NCBI GenBank assembly: GCA_964517255.1
Contig: CAZFBP010000001.1
Coordinates: forward strand, 1 to 36,363
Length of the DNA: 36,363 nt
Origin: an uncultured Chryseobacterium sp.
GTDB lineage: Bacteria; Bacteroidota; Bacteroidia; Flavobacteriales_F; PHOS-HE28
Direction of reading: 5' to 3'
In this document: positions 15,566 through 24,066 of the stretch, one piece after another
Layout: each line of letters starts with the position of its first letter
Numbering within the stretch: the stretch's first letter is position 1
Translations under genes and position numbers: made by a program
The notes under the pieces: generated by a model
The model's database searches: none
The model's input: the letters and a program-made list of their open reading frames with translations, nothing else
Told to the model about the DNA's origin: nothing

Positions 15566-16228
15566 TCACCCCTGATCGCCCGCGCCGGCCGTGGGCGCTT
15601 CGGCGGGCTCCTGCGGCGCAGCGGCGTGCTGCGCGCGCGACCCGCGCCGATGGGCCAGGATGAAGAGCGCGATGCCGATGGAGATGGACGCGTCGGCGAT
15701 GTTGAACACCGGCTGGAAGAACTCGAAGTAGTCGCCACCGATCCACGGCACCCAGGCAGGCAGGTTCCCGCGCCAGATCGGGAAATGGAACATGTCCACC
15801 ACGGCACCGTGGAAGAGCCCTGCGTAGCCGCCCTCCGCCGGGAGGAGTGTGGCCACCTGGTACGGCGTGCTGGCGCTGAAGAGCAAGCCGTAAAAGGTGC
15901 TGTCGATGATGTTGCCCAGCGCGCCAGCGAGGACCAGCGACACGCTCAATGCCTGCAGCCGCGAGGCGCCGTGCGCGATCATGCGGCGCAGCGCGTAGCC
16001 GATGCCGATCACCGCCACGATGCGCAGCCAGGTGAGCGCGAGCTTGCCATACTCGCCGCCGAGCTTCATGCCGAAGGCCATGCCCTCGTTCTCGATGAAG
16101 TGCAGGAAGTACCAGCCGTTGGGGTCCTCGGGCAAGTGCTGCCCGATCGCGAACGTGAGCTTCACCCACACCTTCAGCGCCTGATCGGCCAAGAGCACGA
16201 GCAGGATGATGGCGACGGCGCGCTTCAC
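15566..16228 (-). CDS. lspA: Lipoprotein signal peptidase (signal peptidase II)
   Basis: Motifs ENEGMAFG, LGNIIDS and FNIADASISIG are present (catalytic Asp regions). The protein has 4 TM segments and sits in the conserved position after dksA/traR and ileS. Confidence 0.88.
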   Translation of the reverse strand: MKRAVAIILLVLLADQALKVWVKLTFAIGQHLPEDPNGWYFLHFIENEGMAFGMKLGGEYGKLALTWLRIVAVIGIGYALRRMIAHGASRLQALSVSLVLAGALGNIIDSTFYGLLFSASTPYQVATLLPAEGGYAGLFHGAVVDMFHFPIWRGNLPAWVPWIGGDYFEFFQPVFNIADASISIGIALFILAHRRGSRAQHAAAPQEPAEAPTAGAGDQG

Positions 16229-16253
16229 GTGATCAACGGATGCGTGCCTGGGC

Positions 16254-17165
16254 CTAGCTGCCCATCTGCTGCTTGGCCTCGATGCTCAGGGTGGCGTGCG
16301 GCACCAGGCGCAAACGCTCTTTGCTGATCAAGCGGCCGGTGACGCGGCAGATGCCGTAGGTCTTGTTGCGGATGCGCAGCAGCGCGTCCTCCAGGTGCTT
16401 GATGAACTTCTCCTGGCGGCCGGCGAGCTGCGCGGTCTCCTCGCGGCTCAGCGTCTCGCTGCCATCCTCGATCATCTTGAACGAGGGGCTGGTGTCGTCG
16501 GTGCCGTTGTTGTCGGTGTTCGCGAGCGTCTGCTTCAGAAGGTCGTAATCGCGCCGGGCCTCATCGAGCTTGTGCATGATGATCTCCTTGAACTCATCGA
16601 GCTCGTCGTCGTTGTAGCGCGCTTTGTCGGCGCTCTCCAAAGTGCTCACTTGCTTCTTCACCACGGGCGGCGTAACGGGGCGCATGGGCGCGCTTACTTG
16701 CGTCACCAACGGTGCTGCGGGGGCTTTCGGTTCCTTCGGTTCCTTCTTCGATTCCTTCTTCACGGGTTTCGGGGCGGCCACGGGGGCCGGTTTAGGTGCT
16801 GGTTTGGCCGTTGCGGGCGCAGGCTTCGGCGCGGGAGCGAGTTTCGCTGCCGCCTTCGGTTGCGGCTTGGGGGCTGGCTTCGCTTCCGGCTTTTTAGCCA
16901 CAGGCTTCGGCGCTGGTTTCGCGGCGGGCTTCACAGCGGGTTTGGGCTGGGGCTTCGCGACGGGTTTGCTCGCGGCTGCGGGCTTGCCTGCCGGGGTCGG
17001 CTTCTTGGCTACAGGCTTAACGGCTTTCACGGGTTTCGTCTTGGCCTTCGGCTTCGCGACGGGCTTGCTGGCCTTGGCGGGCTTCGCAGCAGGCTTCTTC
17101 GCGGCAGGCTTCGTGGCCTTCTTGGCTACGGGCTTGGCCGGCTTCTTCGCGGGTTTCTTGGCCAT
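16254..17165 (-). CDS. DksA/TraR-family regulator with a roughly 160-aa Ala/Lys/Pro-rich (histone H1-like) N-terminal extension
   Basis: The C-terminal half (ETLSREETAQLAGRQEKFIKHLEDALLRIRNKTYGICRVTGRLISKERLRLVPHATLSIEAK) has the DksA/TraR coiled-coil plus finger layout. ATG at 17165 (MAKKPAKKPAK...) is preferred over 17195. The N-terminus consists of KPA/KPV/PKP repeats. Confidence 0.7.
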   Translation of the reverse strand: MAKKPAKKPAKPVAKKATKPAAKKPAAKPAKASKPVAKPKAKTKPVKAVKPVAKKPTPAGKPAAASKPVAKPQPKPAVKPAAKPAPKPVAKKPEAKPAPKPQPKAAAKLAPAPKPAPATAKPAPKPAPVAAPKPVKKESKKEPKEPKAPAAPLVTQVSAPMRPVTPPVVKKQVSTLESADKARYNDDELDEFKEIIMHKLDEARRDYDLLKQTLANTDNNGTDDTSPSFKMIEDGSETLSREETAQLAGRQEKFIKHLEDALLRIRNKTYGICRVTGRLISKERLRLVPHATLSIEAKQQMGS

Positions 17166-17192
17166 GACGACAGGGGTTTTGTAAAAGGTCCG

Positions 17193-17200
17193 CAAATATA
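17193..17200 (-). promoter_or_regulatory. Candidate Bacteroidota -7 box (TAtaTTTG on the minus strand) for dksA/traR-lspA
   Basis: Exact TAnnTTTG match, 28 nt upstream of the ATG at 17165, in the 49-nt gap after ileS. Confidence 0.4.
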
Positions 17201-17214
17201 GACGGGCACTTCTC

Positions 17215-20200
17215 TCAATTGGCCGACCGCTCTAGGCTCAGCGCGCATCGAAGCGTCTCGTCGATCTCCACCTCGTGCACGCCCGCGCTGCCCGCTGGGA
17301 AGGCGCTTACAAGCACTTGGTCCTCAGGTGTTACGGCCAGGGTCTCGGAGAGGATGTACGCGGCATGGCTGCGGATGGCCTGCGCCACGCGCTCATCGGC
17401 GCCGGGCAGGATGTGCAGGCGCACGCGGTCAGTGACCTCAAAGCCGCTCTCCTTGCGCAGGGTCTGGATGCGGCTGACCAGCTCGCGTGCAATGCCTTCT
17501 TGAACGAGCGCTTCGGAAAGCGTGATGTCGAGCGCCGCGGTGAGCACGCCGTCGCTGGCCACGCTCAGGCCCGGCACGTTATCGGCCGTGATCTCCACAT
17601 CATCGCGCAGCAATTCCACCTCCTGCCCTTCGACCGTGAGCTTCATGCTGCCCTTCGTCTCCAACTCGGCGATCCGCGCTTGATCGAATGCTTGCACGGC
17701 AGCCGCCACGCTCTTCATCAATTTGCCCATGCGCGCGCCGAGCTTCGGGAAGATGGGCTTGATCTTCCTGGTGAGCTTGCTCGCGCTGGCGTCCAGGATC
17801 ACGAGCTCCTTCACGTTCACCTCGCTCAACACCAGATCGCGGATCGCATCAAGACGCGCGCGCATCGCGCTGTCCGCGACGGGCACCAGCATCTTCTGCA
17901 AGGGCTGGCGTACACGATGGCCCTCCTTTTTCCGGATGCTCAGTACGAGCGATGTCAGCTTCTGTGCGAGCGCTGTGCGTTGCTCGAGTTCGGTGTCGAT
18001 CAGCTTCTCATCGTGCTTCGGCCAATCGCTCAAGTGCACGGACGTGCCCTTCAGGTCGCGATGGAGTCGATCACTGAAGAAAGGCGCGATGGGCGCGCTG
18101 AGCATCGCGATCACTTCCAGGCAGCGATGCAGTGTTTGGAATGCCGCATTCTTGTCGGCGCCCAGCTCGCTTTTCCAGAAGCGGCGTCGGTTGAGGCGCA
18201 CGTACCAGTTGCTCAGGTCCTCCACCACGAAATCCTGGATGGCGCGCGCGGCGATGGTCGGCTCATAGTCGGCGTAGTTCGCGTCGGCCAGCTTGATCAC
18301 GCTGTTGAGGCGCGAGAGGATCCAATGATCGCTCTCGGTCAACGCTGGTTCACCCGTTCCGTCGAAGCCATCGATGTTGGCGTACAGCGCGAAGAAGCTG
18401 TAGGAGTTGAAGAGCGCGCGGAAGAACTTGCGCTGCACCTCGGTGATGCCTTCGGCGTCAAACTTCAGGTTGTCCCACGGCGAGGCGTTGCTGATCATGT
18501 ACCAGCGCACGGCATCGGCGCCGTACTGGTCCAGCGTCTTGAATGGATCCACCGCATTGCCCAAGCGCTTGCTCATTTTCTGGCCCACCTTGTCGAGCAC
18601 GAGGCCATTGCTCACCACGGTCCTGTAGGCCACGGAATCCTGCGTCAGCGTGGCGATGGCGTGCAGCGTGTAGAACCAACCGCGCGTTTGGTCCACGCCT
18701 TCGGCGATGAAATTGGCGGGGAACGTTTCCTTGAAGGTGGCCTCGTTCTCGAAGGGGTAATGCCACTGCGCGTACGGCATCGCGCCGCTATCGAACCACA
18801 CGTCAATCAGATCGGTCTCGCGGGTCATCGGCTTGCCGCCGGGCGATACGAGCACGATGTTGTCCACGAAGGGACGGTGCAGATCCACGGTATCGTAATT
18901 CGAATCGCTCATGTCCCCGGGCCTGAACGACGCGTATGGATCTTCCTTCGTCACGCCGGCTTCCACGGCCTTGGCGATCTCTTCCTTCAGTTGCTTGAGC
19001 GAGCCGATGCACAACTCCTCATCGCCATCGGCCGTGCGCCAGATGGGCAACGGAATGCCCCAGTAGCGGCTGCGGCTGAGGTTCCAGTCCTGCAGGTTCT
19101 CCAGCCAGTTGCCGAAGCGGCCGGTGCCGGTGCTCTCCGGCTTCCAGTTGATCGTCCTGTTCAACGCGATCAGTCGGTCCTTCTTCGCGGTCACGCGTAC
19201 GAACCAGCTATCGAGCGGATAATAGAGCACGGGCTTGTCGGTGCGCCAGCAATGCGGATAGTTGTGCTCGTACTTCTCCACCTTGAAGGCGCGTCCCTCG
19301 GTCTTCAGCTTGATGGCGATGCGCTCGTCCACGCTGAGGTACTTGTCGCGGCCCTGCTTCTTGGCTTCGGCGGCGAGTTCCTCGGGCGTGTAGTACTCGG
19401 CCTTCACGTACTCGCCGGCGAAGTCTGTCACTTCAGGTTTGAAGCGCCCACGCAGATCCACCAGCGTAAGCGAGCCGACGTTGTGCTGGCGCGCCACGCG
19501 TTGGTCATCCGCGCCGAAGCTGGGCGCCGTGTGTACCACGCCGGTTCCATCCGCCGTGGTCACGAAATCGCCGCCGATCACCTTGAAGGCATCGCCGCCT
19601 TCGGGTGTGGCGTAGGGGAGCAGCTGCTCATAGCGCACGCCTTCCAGTTGGTGACCATAGAATTCACCATCGACCGACCAAGGGATGTTCTTGCCGTCCT
19701 TCTTGTGCTCATCTAACGAATCGTCCTTGCTCTTCTCGTTGAAGTACGCGCTGAGTCTGGCCTTCGCCAGCACCAACGTCTGCGGTTCGTGCGTGTAAGG
19801 ATTGAAGGTCTTCACGCGCACATAGTCCAGCTTCGGCCCCACAGTGAGCGCGCAGTTGCTGGGGAGCGTCCACGGTGTGGTCGTCCAAGCGAGGATGAAG
19901 ACCTCACCGAAGGCATCGTTGAACAACCACTCGCTGTTCGCATCGCGCTTCACCTTGAACTGCGCCACCACACTCGTGTCCTTCACCGGCTTGTAGGTGC
20001 CGGGCTGGTTCAGCTCGTGGCTCGAGAGGCCTGTGCCCGCAGCGGGCGAATACGGCTGGATCGTGTAGCCCTTGTAGAGCAGGTCCTCGTCGTAGAGCTT
20101 CTTCAGCAAATGCCACACGCTCTCGATGTACTTCGTGTGGTAGGTCACGTACGGTTCATCCAGGTCGAGCCAGAAACCGATGCGCCGCGTCAGGTCGTTC

Positions 20201-20598
20201 CACACATCGGTGTAGCGCATCACGGCTTTCTTGCACGCGGCGTTGTACTCCGCGATGGAGATCTTCTTGCCGATGTCCTCCTTGGTGATGCCGAGTTCCT
20301 TCTCCACGCCGAGCTCGATGGGCAGGCCGTGCGTGTCCCAGCCGGCCTTGCGGTCCACACGGTGGCCCTTCTGTGTCTGGTAGCGGCAGAAGATGTCCTT
20401 GATGGCGCGCGCCATCACGTGGTGGATGCCGGGCAGGCCATTGGCACTTGGCGGGCCTTCGTAGAACACGAAAGGCGGCGCGTCCTTGCGCAGCTCCAGG
20501 CTCTTGCCGAAGGTGTCCTCGGCCTCCCACTGCTTCAACACCTCCGCAGCGACCTTGGGCAGGTCGATCTCATCGTATTGCGGGAAACGCTTGTCCAT
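17215..20598 (-). CDS. ileS: Isoleucine--tRNA ligase (type 2, Bacteroidota-like)
   Basis: About 1127 aa. The HIGH-region variant PGIHHVMARAIKD and the KMSKS motif (GQKMSKRLGN) are present, along with an editing-domain insertion. ATG at 20598 (MDKRFPQYDEIDL) is preferred over the ORF-track start. Confidence 0.95.
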   Translation of the reverse strand: MDKRFPQYDEIDLPKVAAEVLKQWEAEDTFGKSLELRKDAPPFVFYEGPPSANGLPGIHHVMARAIKDIFCRYQTQKGHRVDRKAGWDTHGLPIELGVEKELGITKEDIGKKISIAEYNAACKKAVMRYTDVWNDLTRRIGFWLDLDEPYVTYHTKYIESVWHLLKKLYDEDLLYKGYTIQPYSPAAGTGLSSHELNQPGTYKPVKDTSVVAQFKVKRDANSEWLFNDAFGEVFILAWTTTPWTLPSNCALTVGPKLDYVRVKTFNPYTHEPQTLVLAKARLSAYFNEKSKDDSLDEHKKDGKNIPWSVDGEFYGHQLEGVRYEQLLPYATPEGGDAFKVIGGDFVTTADGTGVVHTAPSFGADDQRVARQHNVGSLTLVDLRGRFKPEVTDFAGEYVKAEYYTPEELAAEAKKQGRDKYLSVDERIAIKLKTEGRAFKVEKYEHNYPHCWRTDKPVLYYPLDSWFVRVTAKKDRLIALNRTINWKPESTGTGRFGNWLENLQDWNLSRSRYWGIPLPIWRTADGDEELCIGSLKQLKEEIAKAVEAGVTKEDPYASFRPGDMSDSNYDTVDLHRPFVDNIVLVSPGGKPMTRETDLIDVWFDSGAMPYAQWHYPFENEATFKETFPANFIAEGVDQTRGWFYTLHAIATLTQDSVAYRTVVSNGLVLDKVGQKMSKRLGNAVDPFKTLDQYGADAVRWYMISNASPWDNLKFDAEGITEVQRKFFRALFNSYSFFALYANIDGFDGTGEPALTESDHWILSRLNSVIKLADANYADYEPTIAARAIQDFVVEDLSNWYVRLNRRRFWKSELGADKNAAFQTLHRCLEVIAMLSAPIAPFFSDRLHRDLKGTSVHLSDWPKHDEKLIDTELEQRTALAQKLTSLVLSIRKKEGHRVRQPLQKMLVPVADSAMRARLDAIRDLVLSEVNVKELVILDASASKLTRKIKPIFPKLGARMGKLMKSVAAAVQAFDQARIAELETKGSMKLTVEGQEVELLRDDVEITADNVPGLSVASDGVLTAALDITLSEALVQEGIARELVSRIQTLRKESGFEVTDRVRLHILPGADERVAQAIRSHAAYILSETLAVTPEDQVLVSAFPAGSAGVHEVEIDETLRCALSLERSAN

Positions 20599-20717
20599 CG
20601 CGGCTTCTGAAGGGCCGCGAAGATAGACGGCCCGCTCTCGGCCCACCAAAGCGGAGATGTCCCGAACTATAGATAAGGCGGCCCAAAGGCTGGATCGCTC
20701 GGAGGGTCACACGGAGA

Positions 20718-20785
20718 CACAGAGGCACGGAGAAATACGGGACAGCCAGCGTAGCTGGCGCGCTCGGTGCCTCCGTGGCTCTGTG
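20718..20785. repeat. Nested inverted repeat (REP-like element) in the NYN-ileS intergenic region
   Basis: CACAGAGGCACGGAG (20718-20732) pairs with CTCCGTGGCTCTGTG (20771-20785), giving 14/15 complementarity. It encloses the small hairpin GCCAGC-GTA-GCTGGC (20745-20759). The CACGGAGACACAGAGGCACGGAG motif resembles short repeats I recall from Bacteroidota intergenic regions. Confidence 0.5.
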
Positions 20786-20833
20786 CGCGCAACCGGTCAC
20801 TACGGGAGTCCGTGGAACCATTGACCCGCCGTC

Positions 20834-21598
20834 TCAATAGGACTTGAATCGCACCATCATCATGTTCCCCTTCTCCTCGCGGCGAATGTCCAACTGGTCC
20901 TTCAGTGCATTCACGAGCGACGAGAGCGATGCATGGCCGAAGCTCCTCGGGTCGAAACCGGGGTCCAAACGACGCAGTGCTTGGCCGATGAGGCTGAGCG
21001 AAGCCTCCTCCTCCTCGCCTTTGGCGATGTTGAAGGCCTTGCGGAGCTTGCGCATGAGCTCGCCGTTCTGGGAGGGGCTGGCGAGAGGCGCCTTGGAGGC
21101 CGCGGTCGCGCGCCTGGCGCGCTCTTTCTGCAAAGCACCCGTCGGAATGGATTCCTGCACATCCAGATTCTCCACGTAGATGAACCGCTCGCATGCCTTC
21201 ACGAAGGCATCCGGGGTCTTCTTCTCGCCAACGCCCATCACGAACAGTCCGCTCTCGCGCAGTCGCGTGGCCAGCCGCGTGTAGTCGCTGTCGCTGCTCA
21301 CGATGCAGAACGCATCCACCAGCTGGCCGTGCAGGATGTCCATGGCATCGATGATCAGCGCGCTGTCCGTGCTGTTCTTGCCCTTGGTGTAGGCGAACTG
21401 CTGCACAGGCTGGATGGCGTTGCTGTTCAACAGCTCCTTCCAGCCGCTCATGCCTTGCGTGGTCCAGTCGCCGTAGATGCGGCGTATGGTGATGGTGCCC
21501 TGCTCGCTCACCTCCTCCAGGATCGCGGCCAGCCGCTTGGGCGCCGCGTTATCGCCATCGATCAGCAGCGCGATCGTGGTGTCATTGATCTTCTTCAT
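20834..21598 (-). CDS. NYN-domain (LabA/DUF88-like) putative RNase with a C-terminal OST-HTH/LOTUS domain
   Basis: The NYN pattern is present (IALLIDGDNA...IRRIYGDW...KGKNSTDSALIIDAMD...FCIVSSDSDYTRLATRLRESG..VMGVG). The C-terminus (LSLIGQALRRLDPGFDPRSFGHASLSSLVNALKD) is LOTUS-like. The ATG is at 21598. Confidence 0.75.
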   Translation of the reverse strand: MKKINDTTIALLIDGDNAAPKRLAAILEEVSEQGTITIRRIYGDWTTQGMSGWKELLNSNAIQPVQQFAYTKGKNSTDSALIIDAMDILHGQLVDAFCIVSSDSDYTRLATRLRESGLFVMGVGEKKTPDAFVKACERFIYVENLDVQESIPTGALQKERARRATAASKAPLASPSQNGELMRKLRKAFNIAKGEEEEASLSLIGQALRRLDPGFDPRSFGHASLSSLVNALKDQLDIRREEKGNMMMVRFKSY

Positions 21599-21703
21599 TC
21601 GGGAACAAGGTAACCGCGCGCGCTCACAGCGTCCCATCCGGCATCTCGGTCCAGGGCCTCCTCATTGCCCGTGGCATCCATCACCGTGCGGGCCTCAACG
21701 GGA

Positions 21704-22543
21704 TCAGCGCGCTTCGACCGCCCTTGCCAGCCAGCCGCTGTACCGCGCCGCATCGGGCTTGGCGAGGTGCAGGCCGTCTGAGGTGCGCCAGCCATCCGGC
21801 CCTGCGCGCAAGAAGAGATGCGATGGGAAGCGCTCCATCACGAGCGAGCGCGTCCGTGCCGACAGCTTGCTCTCCTCCAGCTCGGCTTCAATGGGCATCT
21901 CGAAGAAGACCACCTCCGCTCCTTGCTGCACCAGAGCGTGCGCTCCGTTCGCCAGCATGTCCGCGAAACGGGCCTGGGTGCTGTCCGCAGGAATCTCGGC
22001 ATATCTGGCCCGGTGCTCCGCGAGCATCACCGCGCTCGGGCCGGCGAGACTGTCGCTCGCGTCCTCCGGTGCGCGACCCGCGAGGAAGTACTGCTTCAGC
22101 CAGCCGAAGAGCACACCGCTGGGCTGGTTCTCCTCGCGCATCAGCGGGAGCCGCTCGCGCAACTGGTAAAGGCCAGGCTCGAAGAGCGCGTTCAAGAAGG
22201 CGCGGTCGGGCTCGCGGAAGAGGATGTTGGTCTCCACCAGCACGCGCTTCGGCTTGCGGCCCGAGCGGCGGATCAGCTCCAGGCCGTCGTACACGCTCAA
22301 TCCGCCGAAGCCCAGATTGGCCGTGCCTTGTGGGAAGCTGTCGAGCACCAGCCGGTACGCGAGCGAGGAGCCGATGATCACCGTGCCGCCATCGGCCGCG
22401 TCGTCGAATGCGAATCGCTCGGCCTTGATGCGGTTGCCGTTCGCGAGATGCTGCGTGGTGTCCCAGTCCACGGTGGCGAAATGGAGAAAGAGCGAATAGC
22501 CCACGGCCAGCGCAGCGAAGACGATGAGCGAGCGCTTGATCAT
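21704..22543 (-). CDS. SGNH/DltD-like putative acyl-transfer partner of the upstream MBOAT protein
   Basis: An N-terminal TM anchor is present (MIKRSLIVFAALAVGYSLFL). There is a GSSL motif (a GDS-like nucleophile block) and a C-terminal DGLHL (a DxxH-like block). It starts 9 nt downstream of the MBOAT gene. Confidence 0.4.
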   Translation of the reverse strand: MIKRSLIVFAALAVGYSLFLHFATVDWDTTQHLANGNRIKAERFAFDDAADGGTVIIGSSLAYRLVLDSFPQGTANLGFGGLSVYDGLELIRRSGRKPKRVLVETNILFREPDRAFLNALFEPGLYQLRERLPLMREENQPSGVLFGWLKQYFLAGRAPEDASDSLAGPSAVMLAEHRARYAEIPADSTQARFADMLANGAHALVQQGAEVVFFEMPIEAELEESKLSARTRSLVMERFPSHLFLRAGPDGWRTSDGLHLAKPDAARYSGWLARAVEAR

Positions 22544-22552
22544 GGCCGCAGC

Positions 22553-24001
22553 TCAGAATTGGAAGTAGATGAAGGAGGCGCCGCTGCCCGCGTTCACGAG
22601 GATGAGGAAGAGCATGATGCCGTAGAGCACGGGCCTGGCCTTCTCGATCGCGGGCCGTGGCACGCGCGTCCAGAGGTAGAGCAGGTGATAGGCTACCACG
22701 GGAATGGAGAAGAGCGCCACGAAGAAGAGCAGGACGGGCTGCAGATCGCCACCGCCCGTGTTCGAGGCGATTGCCTTCAGGTAGCCGATCACATGGCTGA
22801 AGTCGGGCAGCTTGAAGAGCAGCCACGCCAGCGTGACGCACGTGAAGATGAAGAGCATGTGCAGGGCCTTGGGCAATTTGCCCTTCAGCGACCAGCCCAG
22901 GTCGGCGGTGAGACGCTCGGCCGCCAGCATGAGGCCGTGCCAGAAGCCCCAGATGGCGTAGCTCCACGCGGCGCCGTGCCAGAGCCCGCCCAGCACCATG
23001 GTGAGCATCAGGTTGCGGTACGTGCGCGCGGGTCCCATGCGGTTTCCGCCCAGCGGTATGTAGAGGTACTCGCGAAGGAAACTGCTGAGTGAGATGTGCC
23101 AACGCCTCCAGAACTCACTGAAGCTGGCGCTGATGTAGGGGAAGTCGAAGTTGTTGAAGAAGCGGTAGCCGAAGAGCTGGCCCAGGCCGATGGCGATGAG
23201 CGAATAGCCCGCGAAGTCGGCGAAGATCTGCATGCTGTAGCCGAAGAGCAGGGCAAGCAGCGTGAGGCTGTGGATCTCGGTGAAATAGGGGAAGGCGATC
23301 CAGAAGGTCTGATCCTTCAGGTTGTCGGCCACCACCATCTTCAGGAAGTAGCCGATCACCAGCGGCGAGAAGACCGCGTTCCAGTCGATCTCCGCCCAGC
23401 GCTTCTCCTTCACCTGCGGGAGGAAGTCGTGCGCCTTCACCACCGGGCCGGCCACCAGCTGCGCGAAGAAGCTGATGAAGGTGGTGATGCGCAGCGCATG
23501 CTGCGTGAAGCCGCGCACCACGATGCTCGCGTACGCCGACACCTCGCGGCCCTTGTGGGCATCGACCACCAGGCTGATGCCCTGGAAGGTGAAGAAGCTG
23601 ATGCCCACAGGCAGCGGGATGGCCACCAGGAATGCGCCGAGCCCGCTCCCCTCGAAGAAGCTCCGGCCGATGAGCGGACTGTACTTGAAGAAGACCAGGA
23701 CGGCCAGGTTGAGCGCGACGCCCAGCGTGGCATGGAAGCGCCGCAAGCGCTGATCGCCGAAGACCACGCGATGACTCGCCCATACATTGATGGCCACCGA
23801 GCCGATGAGCAGCAAGAGCAGCCAGGGCATGCTCCACGCGTAAAAGACGAAGCTGGCCGCGACGAGCACGTGCAGCTGCCAGCGGCGCATGAAAGGCAGG
23901 TAATAGAGCGCCAGCGTCGCCAGGGCGAGCAGCACGAAAGGGACGCTGTTGAATAGCACGGGCGGGCCTGGCGCCGACGAACATAGCGCGGGGGCTTTCA
24001 A
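22553..24001 (-). CDS. MBOAT-family O-acyltransferase (AlgI/DltB/PatA-like)
   Basis: Multi-TM protein with the signature FWRRWHISLSSFLREYLYIPLGGNR (conserved His). By homology the start is probably the GTG at 23959 (VLFNSVPF..., compare the usual MLFNS start). Confidence 0.88.
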   Translation of the reverse strand: MKAPALCSSAPGPPVLFNSVPFVLLALATLALYYLPFMRRWQLHVLVAASFVFYAWSMPWLLLLLIGSVAINVWASHRVVFGDQRLRRFHATLGVALNLAVLVFFKYSPLIGRSFFEGSGLGAFLVAIPLPVGISFFTFQGISLVVDAHKGREVSAYASIVVRGFTQHALRITTFISFFAQLVAGPVVKAHDFLPQVKEKRWAEIDWNAVFSPLVIGYFLKMVVADNLKDQTFWIAFPYFTEIHSLTLLALLFGYSMQIFADFAGYSLIAIGLGQLFGYRFFNNFDFPYISASFSEFWRRWHISLSSFLREYLYIPLGGNRMGPARTYRNLMLTMVLGGLWHGAAWSYAIWGFWHGLMLAAERLTADLGWSLKGKLPKALHMLFIFTCVTLAWLLFKLPDFSHVIGYLKAIASNTGGGDLQPVLLFFVALFSIPVVAYHLLYLWTRVPRPAIEKARPVLYGIMLFLILVNAGSGASFIYFQF

Positions 24002-24066
24002 CGACTGACGCCCGAAGGAGTTGCTTCACGAACAAGAGTCCGTGGCTTTCGCGAACGCGGGCGCGG

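Noticed and set aside
16296-17201. A 301-aa plus-strand ORF opposite the dksA/traR-like gene
   Set aside because: It is the Gly/Arg/Leu/Phe-rich mirror image of the AKP repeat. The minus-strand frame carries the recognisable DksA/TraR C-terminal half.
17275-19716. An 813-aa plus-strand ORF opposite ileS
   Set aside because: It is antisense to a highly conserved aminoacyl-tRNA synthetase, and the translation is Arg/Ala/His/Leu-rich with no domain features. This is a high-GC artefact.
20570-20821. An 83-aa minus-strand ORF in the ileS upstream region
   Set aside because: It is generated by translating the REP-like repeat (…SVPLCLRVTL…), overlaps the ileS start and has no coding features.
20599-20833. 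Possible T-box or other riboswitch leader upstream of ileS
   Set aside because: I found no specifier-loop/T-box consensus or terminator/antiterminator pair, and T-box control is not expected in Bacteroidota. The structure present is better explained as a REP-like hairpin.
21818-23102. ORFs of 424 aa (+) and 404 aa (-) overlapping the SGNH-like and MBOAT genes
   Set aside because: They are alternative frames of genes with clear signatures (the MBOAT WHISLS...GGNR block), and their translations are low-complexity.
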